A stretch of DNA of 63,290 bases, filler included, from an uncultured bacterium (lineage in GTDB: Bacteria > Auribacterota > CAZIXI01): the NCBI GenBank assembly GCA_964543115.1. It is 3 parts of 3 records of this genome, joined end to end, with 100 filler letters (N's around TTAATTAATTAA, not from the genome) between each part and the next. Parts side by side here need not be neighbours in the genome. Positions count along the whole stretch, not along the records: positions 1 to 21,426 come from CAZIXI010000029.1; 2 more parts are not named here. The stretch is one strand, 5' to 3'. This document shows, in pieces, positions 12,001-18,728 of the stretch. Below the pieces are notes generated by a model. That model saw only the letters and a list, made by a program, of their open reading frames with translations. It was not told the origin of the DNA and searched no databases. Within the stretch, counting starts at the first letter, position 1. Each line of letters begins with the position of its first letter. The position numbers were made by a program, and so were the translations under genes.

Positions 12001-13510
12001 GTGTTTTTTGCATACCTCTAGTTGTCACAAAATTAACTAAGGGAAATGTAGAATCTGCCTGGTGACTGCCGTCAATAAACTCTTTAATAATCGCATAACT
12101 CTCATCAACATCCAATGCCTCACCCCTTTCTAGCTTTGCCAATGCCCTGACAAAAAACAATTTATATAGCAGTGTATCCCTTCTCAATCTATTCTCTATA
12201 TTTACTCTCTTTGAACCCACGCCAACAATTTCTCTTTCCAGAGCAGCTAAATCACCTTGATGCACTTCCAAAAGATAATCATAGCAGGACCTTCTAAACA
12301 CCTTGCCATCTACCCCTAATCCTTCCGCAAATTCAGACCATTCAAGCTTCACTGCGCCCCGGCACCTTTCTTTAAACATATCCCAAATTATTTTTCGCCA
12401 ATAATTACGTTCTTCCCATAATTTCACTTTATTCTTCCATTTGTTTTTCTGTTCTCTGCTTAGCAACTCATCGTAAGCCAGGATAATCTTCCACATCATA
12501 TTAGCAGACAAAATCCTGCTGCCGGAATCAGCTAAACCAGCCGCTTCTCTCTTTGCCCCATTTCTGCCACTCCTGCCTTGCTCTCTAATGTAGCTCTTAA
12601 TATCCCCTCTGACCTCGGTCAATATCTGAGAGATCCGATCATCACTGACAGCAAAGATAATCCCAATGACCTTCATTTTTACACCATAGTAATAATACAA
12701 TTCCATAATATCTCTCTGCCTATCCGGCAGAGCATTAATTGCCTCCCAGATTAAGGCCAAACTTTCCTTTCGCTCTAGAGCATCATCTTGGAACAAACCA
12801 TTACCAACAAGTCTGTCTAGTAATCCAGCTCCTCCGCCCTTTGCCTCTGTTGGAACCTTTTTCTTGGAAACCTCTGCTCTCACTCTTTGATATTCTCCTA
12901 GATTATCACCATATCCCAGCATCTCGGCCATCGCTTCGTCGCTATGCTCACCCCTACCTGCTAAAATAATTTCTGCTTCCTCAAATCTTCTTCTTAAATC
13001 TTCATAATACCTCGATAAACCATTGACTGATCCTAGCGATGTTAATATCTCCCCTTCAATCCTCCACCTTGCATACCAGCCAAAACTTGCCTCCCTAGAA
13101 CTATCATACTTATTATATGCATCTATCAAACCGATTACCCCATGCTGAACCAAATCGCCCAATTGGATAGAATCAGAATCCGCAAATCTCATTCCACGCA
13201 TAATCCTTTCCGCAACACTAATCACCAGTGGCATATATTGCTCAACCACCTCATTCTGTCTTTCCATTCTTTGAGAACTCTTATCATCATCTGTTGCGGC
13301 AGACTGAAACTTTTTCCAGGCATCACCAGCATCCGGGCGCTGATCTAATACCCTTTCCAATTCAGCCAATATACGTTTATTGTCCGGTGTAAGCACACGG
13401 GGCCCTTCGCCTTTTGCCCAGACAACATTCTGGCAGACTAGAGAGGCAATAATCAGGCAAACAATTAAGCTAAATCGCTTTTTGTACTTTATCTTCAACA
13501 TTTTATTCAT
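9023..13510 (-). CDS. 1,495-aa protein: signal-peptide-like N-terminus, FliA/WhiG (sigma-28-like) sigma factor domain, and a large C-terminal region of unknown function
   Basis: N-terminus MNKMLKIKYKKRFSLIVCLIIASLVCQNVVWA. Region 2: VVEQYMPLVISVAERI...DLVQHGVIGLIDAYNKYDSSREASFGWYARWRIEGEI. Region 3: SDEAMAEMLG. Region 4: AINALPDRQRDIMELYYYYG...IGIIFAVSDDRISQI. Confidence 0.88.
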   Translation of the reverse strand: MNKMLKIKYKKRFSLIVCLIIASLVCQNVVWAKGEGPRVLTPDNKRILAELERVLDQRPDAGDAWKKFQSAATDDDKSSQRMERQNEVVEQYMPLVISVAERIMRGMRFADSDSIQLGDLVQHGVIGLIDAYNKYDSSREASFGWYARWRIEGEILTSLGSVNGLSRYYEDLRRRFEEAEIILAGRGEHSDEAMAEMLGYGDNLGEYQRVRAEVSKKKVPTEAKGGGAGLLDRLVGNGLFQDDALERKESLALIWEAINALPDRQRDIMELYYYYGVKMKVIGIIFAVSDDRISQILTEVRGDIKSYIREQGRSGRNGAKREAAGLADSGSRILSANMMWKIILAYDELLSREQKNKWKNKVKLWEERNYWRKIIWDMFKERCRGAVKLEWSEFAEGLGVDGKVFRRSCYDYLLEVHQGDLAALEREIVGVGSKRVNIENRLRRDTLLYKLFFVRALAKLERGEALDVDESYAIIKEFIDGSHQADSTFPLVNFVTTRGMQKTRSSLYLVLYRMHGYSELRMTDGLRDVFWEGEEARVVSVFDQYNYGWMFAVRCNDATGRVHAINYMIRSKGDKLSMLGLDSVQQTVVDALKPAKNVFGQDAVLSPVPIEELDLLHGRRMMCEMVRNNKFADKNIEPYPFQVSAITKTEKNPAGVFYFGDIRETKYRAEVKNVTLVPNAEYRIEFSFSEEIGSWICFVYEISADGSASALPILAFTGKEKDGKTRLYQLPKKIFADCLGAIAKRNGRGSKDWATWEMTAEEEGRIVHSVLRKHELIQIDKNDFKLKKAIKYLWKYVDEDLIVQKLRDDPEELVSDMQAAYSKNKERWYLNVGWSRHAKSILFKDDFSPEEKVRKMFRLVVMRIVNVHICKIIGIDIIGDNGAGGYSAMHAGFRNNSIYLPEGVWDRLRKNPRQLAAALAHEAGDLLFNGHNGFSTAIECAITETEDGLRPVFDPLYARQMELVEREKRAKEQKLMHYLEKLESVTVAEVDALEFRDILLEVIESSFAEVPDDVRELVEYLENTTPPALTKDIYFVLQMVKRGVVKRESIVIIKFMFYVMQFSKRMVFLSADHFMAPRYVFSVPGVVLQDRVSGPKGQVILSVKDLVLITKERFEESFMGESGNGVFAGPEDLIAEEKQLLEVIINKGKRIIGPNADIYLYKKDDFFYRLVLRRGHIRKVECIAASLIDDARSRCILRKGVQKKARDDYIELWESIGLAPDSCPVVIFCVPGQDVLVGTLKREVQPDGAVKKELAVCGMVKDSVVLTRGLVNEYRDDYGWGLEFIKSREKWQGTSEEDIIVLLEECINKGKMIGSAVVYKKGSWFYIAELRDGFVRGFAKVNPQKLNLWHEGICDYDDAFAVYSILNKQERIDLPSMAEEMFEAIKALLKGYYADETPVTRQIIYDSEARTIHVVEKNTWRCVVLDASGNFVEYAERKKRYYFGWLGRRLNDRFRDITDLILLQKLSADYEIATPAKKVGRSHVEMLFPGIDGSV

Positions 13511-13612
13511 AAAATTCTCAAATCTTTAACCTGTCTACTTCTAGATTTAGACAACTCAGCACTATAATTCGCGAAGAATATTTATTTAGGTAACAATGAA
13601 ACTCTATAAATA

Positions 13613-13628
13613 AGCAAGTACCTTGCCA
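13613..13628 (-). promoter_or_regulatory. Sigma-54 (RpoN) -24/-12 promoter
   Basis: Minus strand reads TGGCAAGGTACTTGCT (GG-N10-GC), about 100 bp upstream of the ATG at 13510. It shares TGGCA and TACTTGC with the promoter at 8879-8894. Confidence 0.75.
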
Positions 13629-13702
13629 GCTTGGCATAAAGAGCGTAAGTCGATAGACGTCAGACTGTAAGGCCACTGACAGACAATTTCTGTATCTCTG
13701 TG

Positions 13703-13730
13703 AATGTTGACAAATCATCATATTTTTGTG
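13703..13730. promoter_or_regulatory. Conserved upstream motif, copy 2 (putative UAS)
   Basis: AATGTTGACAAATCATCATATTTTTGTG, starting 75 bp from the promoter edge at 13628. Confidence 0.6.
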
Positions 13731-13772
13731 ATTGTTTTACGGAATTGGAGGAAGAGATCTGTGTTGTTGCAG

Positions 13773-13946
13773 CTAGTGCGAAAAGTGGATTTTGTTGGCA
13801 ATTCGGAGTTTTTTATTATAACTATTTGTTAATTTCATCACCACACCGCTGAGGCCGATTAGGGCGACCAGGTTGGGCAGGGCCATAAAGGCATTGGCAA
13901 TATCGGCAATGTTCCAGATGAGTTCTAATTTAATGATCGCACCCAG
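13773..13946 (-). pseudogene. Orphan 3' remnant of an alanine/glycine:cation symporter (AgcS/AlsT family)
   Basis: Translates LGAIIKLELIWNIADIANAFMALPNLVALIGLSGVVMKLTNSYNKK...H*, matching the conserved AGCS C-terminal motif W..AD..N.LMALPNL.AL. An in-frame stop at 13956-13958 closes the frame upstream, so it has no start of its own. Confidence 0.8.
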
Positions 13947-13947
13947 G

Positions 13948-14577
13948 TTACACTTTTACTTTCAATATTATTGCCCGGGTTTGTTCTGCTGCAGCGCGGG
14001 TGAGTTTTTTTATCTCTGCGCTGTTAATGGCGTAATAAGGAATTTCATTCAGTATATCAGTAACGAATAAAATCGCGCCGGCCTTTTTTCTGATGGCCCG
14101 GGCAGCGGCGAAAAAAGCGGCAGCTTCCATATCCAAAACATCTATCTTACTATCATTTATAGTTTCCAGATATTGCTTTTCCAGCTTGAGGGAACCGATG
14201 CTTAGGCAGTTTACCTTAGGCAGTGAGGGAAAATCCAGGTCAGCCTGAAAGGAGTCAATTACCGGCCGGCGCTGGAGCACATTAATAAAACTGTCCTGGG
14301 CCTGCACGGTGGCCGCGGTTAGTAGTTTGCCGACCGCCAGAGCCTTGTCTTTCCGGGCAGCACCGCAGGCACCAAAGAATATGAGCTGCTTAAATGGCTC
14401 TTCCGCCAGGGAGAGCACGGTATCACCCACAAATGTGCTGCCCATTTTTGTGGAAATAAGGGAAAAGGAATCATTGCTGCCCTTTGAATATAATGGGCCG
14501 GAAGACATTTCTGTTATTTGAAAGCCTTCTTTTATTTCTTTATTTAAAAAAGGGGTAATTACACAAAGATCATTCAT
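13948..14577 (-). CDS. Nucleoside phosphorylase-I (PNP/UDP/MTAN) family protein
   Basis: LIFFGACGA and VLDMEAAAFFAAA...AILFVTD motifs. Confidence 0.75.
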   Translation of the reverse strand: MNDLCVITPFLNKEIKEGFQITEMSSGPLYSKGSNDSFSLISTKMGSTFVGDTVLSLAEEPFKQLIFFGACGAARKDKALAVGKLLTAATVQAQDSFINVLQRRPVIDSFQADLDFPSLPKVNCLSIGSLKLEKQYLETINDSKIDVLDMEAAAFFAAARAIRKKAGAILFVTDILNEIPYYAINSAEIKKLTRAAAEQTRAIILKVKV

Positions 14578-15415
14578 TGCGGTATTTGTTTTCGAAATAT
14601 GAACTGAATCTATGAATGTATATATGCTGATTCTTTCGGTATTTAATTGCCTGCCGGATAATATCTTTTTTTATCTTTTGCCAACAGTCTTCATAAACGG
14701 CACGGTTACGGGCCATTTGCCGGTATTCTAGTTCCAGCTGGGGATAAACTAAGGTAATTGCGGCAATAACCTGATCAATATTTCCCACACTGAAATTTAA
14801 GCCTTCAAATTCTATTCGATCAGAACGTTTAAAAATCTGAAAAAGTTTTTCTATGTCTGTTATTCCAGGTAAAATCGGAGAAACATAGGGAATAACCGGT
14901 ACTTTTTCTGCCAGTAATTTATTAACCGCAGCTGCCCTTTCGCTAAAGGAAGCGCTCTTCGGCTCCAGTATATCCTTTAGTTTATCACAGAAAGAGTTAA
15001 CAGTGAAATAGATACATTCACAAAAGCCCTCTTTCAGTAAAGGGAGATATTCTATCCACAGCGGCGAGCGGGTAAGGATTGAGTAGTAAACCTTATTTTT
15101 GTTCAGGATCTCGATTATTTTTTTTGTTATTTTGTAATCTTTTTCCAGCGGCTGGCAGCATTCGGTTGTTGACCCCAAAAGCACACGTTGAGGTTTTTTT
15201 ATAAACAACTCTTTTTCCAGCTGGGCCGGGGCATTACAGCGCACATCAACATAAGTGCCCCAGGGGCGGGTTTCCCGTTTCGTTACTTTATTGTGCCTGA
15301 CGTAACAATAGAGGCAGGCATACTCGCAGCCCTTATAGGGATTAATGACATACTCCCCCAGGTCGATGGCGGTGGGATTAAGTATTTTGGCTATGCCTAC
15401 TTCTCTTATTTGCAT
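14570..15415 (-). CDS. Radical SAM protein, SPL-like/Rv2578c-like family
   Basis: INPYKGCEYACLYCY (CxxxCxxC), followed by LGSTTECCQPLE and ILTRSPL, typical of the SPL-like family. Confidence 0.85.
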   Translation of the reverse strand: MQIREVGIAKILNPTAIDLGEYVINPYKGCEYACLYCYVRHNKVTKRETRPWGTYVDVRCNAPAQLEKELFIKKPQRVLLGSTTECCQPLEKDYKITKKIIEILNKNKVYYSILTRSPLWIEYLPLLKEGFCECIYFTVNSFCDKLKDILEPKSASFSERAAAVNKLLAEKVPVIPYVSPILPGITDIEKLFQIFKRSDRIEFEGLNFSVGNIDQVIAAITLVYPQLELEYRQMARNRAVYEDCWQKIKKDIIRQAIKYRKNQHIYIHRFSSYFENKYRNE

Positions 15416-16623
15416 AGTAAATTCATAACAAAGGCCTTGGTGTATTTCAGGCCGGCATGTTTTATCTCCATGATAAATTGCTCTGTTCGAGCGACGGATT
15501 GCGGATTTAGCCGATAGTCCGCTTCCCGCGGAAGATCCGTGCCTTCATAATAAACAAAGGGATTAACCTGTTCAATTTTAGGGATAATATCTTTATTGCG
15601 AATAACAAAATCCAGGCTTTCGCGGAAATCCGCTTCTGACTCTCCCGGAAATCCGGTGATCATGCTGATACCAAAAGAAAGGCCGGCAGCTTTAAGTATT
15701 CTGAAGAATTCCGCTGCTTCTTCTTTGGTGTATCCCTTGTTCATTGCCGCCAGGGTGCGGTTACTGCCGCTTTCTAGACCGACAAAAAGATGATAGCAAC
15801 CGCTTTGTTTCATTTTGATTAATAAGTGTTCCGGCATATCATTTCTGATTGCTATTTGCGCTTCCCAGTTAACAGAACCGAATTTTTCAATCAGTTGATC
15901 ACAAAGATTCTCTAGACCCTGAAGATTGCCATTAAGCATGGAGTCATGAAAGATGAAGCTTCTTCTTCCGGCCTCCTGCTGCCGCCTTATCTGCTCTACA
16001 ATATTTTCCGCGGGCAGGCAGCGGTATTTTTTATACAGTAAGCGTTCAGAACAAAAGCGGCAGCGGCGGATGCATCCGCGTGAATAAAGCAGTGACACAG
16101 CCCCTTTTTTTGAGTAGCGGTTGAAATCTAAGCCGCTGTAATCCGGCAGGGGAAAATTCTCTAAGGTTTCTAATTCCCGGAAAACTGCCACGTGCTCGTT
16201 TGTTCCAGAAATAGTTAAGTATTCTGACAGCGGCAGTTCCCCTTCCCCAACAACCAGCAGATTGGCTAATTGGCCGTACTTCTCTGCCAGGGCACCGTTA
16301 AATTTAAAGTACTGGCTGGCAATCTCCGGACCGCCGAAAATTATTTTTATTCCTGGTTCTTTCTCTTTAAGTATACGGGAAACTTTCAGTGTTGTCTCAA
16401 AATTACTTCGGTAACAGGAAAAACCAACGATATTGTAGCAGAGGAGTTTTTCTGCTATTTCCCTCTCCCTGCCCGGTTGAGCAGAATATGTATTATTATA
16501 ATCAAATATATCCGTAATTATACCCCGGGAATGAAGGTAAGCCTTAAGGATAGCAAGGTTGAGGGGCGGTAGGTTCGGCCAAAAAGGCGGCAGCAACGCT
16601 AAGGCAATTCTATTATTTAGCAT
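15406..16623 (-). CDS. B12-binding domain radical SAM protein
   Basis: PPLNLAILKAYL, IVGFSCY, IIFGGPE, LLVVGEGE cobalamin-binding motifs; SRGCIRRCRFC; VGLESGS. Confidence 0.88.
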   Translation of the reverse strand: MLNNRIALALLPPFWPNLPPLNLAILKAYLHSRGIITDIFDYNNTYSAQPGREREIAEKLLCYNIVGFSCYRSNFETTLKVSRILKEKEPGIKIIFGGPEIASQYFKFNGALAEKYGQLANLLVVGEGELPLSEYLTISGTNEHVAVFRELETLENFPLPDYSGLDFNRYSKKGAVSLLYSRGCIRRCRFCSERLLYKKYRCLPAENIVEQIRRQQEAGRRSFIFHDSMLNGNLQGLENLCDQLIEKFGSVNWEAQIAIRNDMPEHLLIKMKQSGCYHLFVGLESGSNRTLAAMNKGYTKEEAAEFFRILKAAGLSFGISMITGFPGESEADFRESLDFVIRNKDIIPKIEQVNPFVYYEGTDLPREADYRLNPQSVARTEQFIMEIKHAGLKYTKAFVMNLLCK

Positions 16624-16701
16624 GTAAAATCTGAATTAAGATATTAACAATACAATATAAATGTTAGATTTTTAGAGTTTGCAAAAATGGTTTTTTATTT
16701 T

Positions 16702-16768
16702 ATTAGGAAACCAGGAAAGGCATGATAATATTCCTAAAAGACATTCCTGGTATTCCTGGATTCCTAAT
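16702..16768. repeat. Inverted short-tandem-repeat element (AGGAA/TTCCT arms)
   Basis: ATTAGGAAACCAGGAA...TTCCTGGTATTCCTGGATTCCTAAT; the arms are complementary. Confidence 0.6.
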
Positions 16769-16794
16769 AAAAAAACGATTTAGCTAATAATATG

Positions 16795-17649
16795 CTAGTT
16801 CAACCATTCGTCAATTTGTTCTTTCTTTTCTTTTGCGGCCTTTTCCAGTTCCGCGGCTTTTTCTTTGCCTGTTTCCTTTAATTCTTCTACCTTTTCTTTC
16901 CCTTCTTCCTTTAATTCCTCCGCCTTTTCCCTGCCGCGCTCCTTCAGCTCTTGCGCCTTTTCTTTGTATTTCTCTGTCTCTCCCTCCTCGAGCAGATCAT
17001 CGATTGCCGCGTATTTGGCGATTGTTGCGGCGGCAAGATTAATTCCTTCCGCGACAAGGATTTTAACTACTTCAGCAATGATGGCTGAAGCGATTATTGC
17101 CGCACTGTCTACGTTGCGAAAAGATTTTGAAACATTCACGTTGAAGGTTTTATTTAACGGCACCAGCAGGCTTTCGTCTTTATAACTGATTGTGCCCAGC
17201 GTAAAGTCCAGGTGGTCAACAAGGAAGTCGGTCTTGCCGCTCTTCTCTGCCGGGGCCTTGTCCTTGTCGGGCTGGACAATTTTAAAGTGATCCACGTTTA
17301 AAACTCCGTTTTTATCCTTCTCCACATTGACCTGGCTGATATTCACGCGCAGCTGCGGCAAATGGATCTTACCTTTGATGATATCTTTGGGGGCGTAATG
17401 AATGTATATTTCGGGTACTTCCAGTAAGAGCATATTTTCGTAGCCTTTGGGGTTATATATCTTAAGCTCCTTTACGTGTACATCGGATTTTTTTAGTCCG
17501 ACTGCCACACCGGCCACTGTCAGCTTCTGTCCGGTCAGCCTGGCCACTCCTCTTTCCAGAACATTTTTTACGATTAAATTACGATTTACGACTGCCAGGC
17601 CGAGCACGATAACCGCAATGATCAGGATAAAAAGCAGAAATTTTTTCAT
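16795..17649 (-). CDS. AsmA-like membrane-anchored protein with a C-terminal tail of 11-aa E/K repeats
   Basis: N-terminal TM helix, LKIYNPKGY and LRVNISQVNVEKDKNGVLN (AsmA-like), tail of EKAxELK units. Confidence 0.65.
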   Translation of the reverse strand: MKKFLLFILIIAVIVLGLAVVNRNLIVKNVLERGVARLTGQKLTVAGVAVGLKKSDVHVKELKIYNPKGYENMLLLEVPEIYIHYAPKDIIKGKIHLPQLRVNISQVNVEKDKNGVLNVDHFKIVQPDKDKAPAEKSGKTDFLVDHLDFTLGTISYKDESLLVPLNKTFNVNVSKSFRNVDSAAIIASAIIAEVVKILVAEGINLAAATIAKYAAIDDLLEEGETEKYKEKAQELKERGREKAEELKEEGKEKVEELKETGKEKAAELEKAAKEKKEQIDEWLN

Positions 17650-17659
17650 GAATCCTCCC

Positions 17660-18163
17660 TTATTTGTTGCCGAATTTTTCCCAGTGAATTACTTCTGTTA
17701 ATGTCCTTTTCTTGTTTTGCTCTACATTACTCTTGGGCCAGCCAAGAGAAATCAGACCCACCAGCTTAAAGTCCGCCGGAACAGCCAGCATTTCCGCTAC
17801 TTCACTGATATAAGGTTTCTTATCCCCGGCGACCCAGCAGGCCCCGATACCCAGTTCGGCTGCCGCCAGAAGAATATTCTCGATTGCCGCGCAGCCGTCT
17901 TCCAGATAGTATTTGGTATCCTTAGAGAATACAGCAATACAGGCAGCGGCTGTAGCCATAAAACGGGCGTTACTGGCCAGGGCGCCAAATTTAGTGAGGA
18001 ATTCCTTATTTGTAATCACAATAAACTCCCAGGGTTCGATACATCTAGCGGTTGGCGCCCGTCTGCCGGCATCAACCAGCTTTTCCAGTGAATCCTTATC
18101 GATGGACCCCTCCTGGTATTCCCGCACACTTGCCCTCTTTGCAATAACTTCAAATGTCTGCAT
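17660..18163 (-). CDS. Nitroreductase family protein
   Basis: IAKRASVREY, GRRAPTA...EPWEF, AAIENILLAAAELGIGACWV; likely start is the ATG at 18163. Confidence 0.92.
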   Translation of the reverse strand: MQTFEVIAKRASVREYQEGSIDKDSLEKLVDAGRRAPTARCIEPWEFIVITNKEFLTKFGALASNARFMATAAACIAVFSKDTKYYLEDGCAAIENILLAAAELGIGACWVAGDKKPYISEVAEMLAVPADFKLVGLISLGWPKSNVEQNKKRTLTEVIHWEKFGNK

Positions 18164-18728
18164 TTTTCCTCCTCTCCCGGGAGGGCGCAAGCCCCTCCCC
18201 TACCATCCTATTTAGGTTTTTTTCAAATACATTTAATGCTCGGTCGCTGTAAAGCACAAACTGAATTAGTTTTACGTTTTTTAGTTTAGCTATTTCGTTG
18301 ATTACCGTTGTCAGGGCTACTTCCGCTGCCCCAGCCATTGGATAACCAAAAACACCGGCGGAAATTGCCGGAAAAGCCACGGAACCTATCTTTTTCTCTT
18401 CGGCCAGCCGCAGGGCATTACGGTAACAATTAGCCAGTAGTTTAGCGGAAGGCTTATCACGGCCGTAGACCGGTCCCAGGCAGTGAATAACATATTTGTT
18501 CGGCAGATTATGCGCCCCGGTAATTACTGCCTCTCCCGGTTCAATCGGCCCCAGCGGACGGCATTCCTTTTCCAGGTCCGGGCCGGCTGCCCGGTGAATC
18601 GCGCCGGCCACACCGCCGCCCATCAGCAGTTGGGCGTTGGCGGCATTAGCCACCGCGTCAATCCCTTCCCGGGCGGCAATATTACCCTGAATACATTCTA
18701 TCGTCACACCCGAAATTACTTTTTTCAT
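18150..18728 (-). CDS. Macro domain protein (O-acetyl-ADP-ribose deacetylase/YmdB-like)
   Basis: AVANAAN...GGGVAGAIHRAAG, VIHCLGPVY, AFPAISAGVFGYP. Confidence 0.92.
   Translation of the reverse strand: MKKVISGVTIECIQGNIAAREGIDAVANAANAQLLMGGGVAGAIHRAAGPDLEKECRPLGPIEPGEAVITGAHNLPNKYVIHCLGPVYGRDKPSAKLLANCYRNALRLAEEKKIGSVAFPAISAGVFGYPMAGAAEVALTTVINEIAKLKNVKLIQFVLYSDRALNVFEKNLNRMVGEGLAPSRERRKNADI
18179..18203 (-). repeat. GTAG-type REP-like palindrome
   Basis: Minus strand GTAGGGGAGGGGCTTGCGCCCTCCC: a GTAG tetranucleotide followed by an imperfect GC-rich hairpin. Confidence 0.6.
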
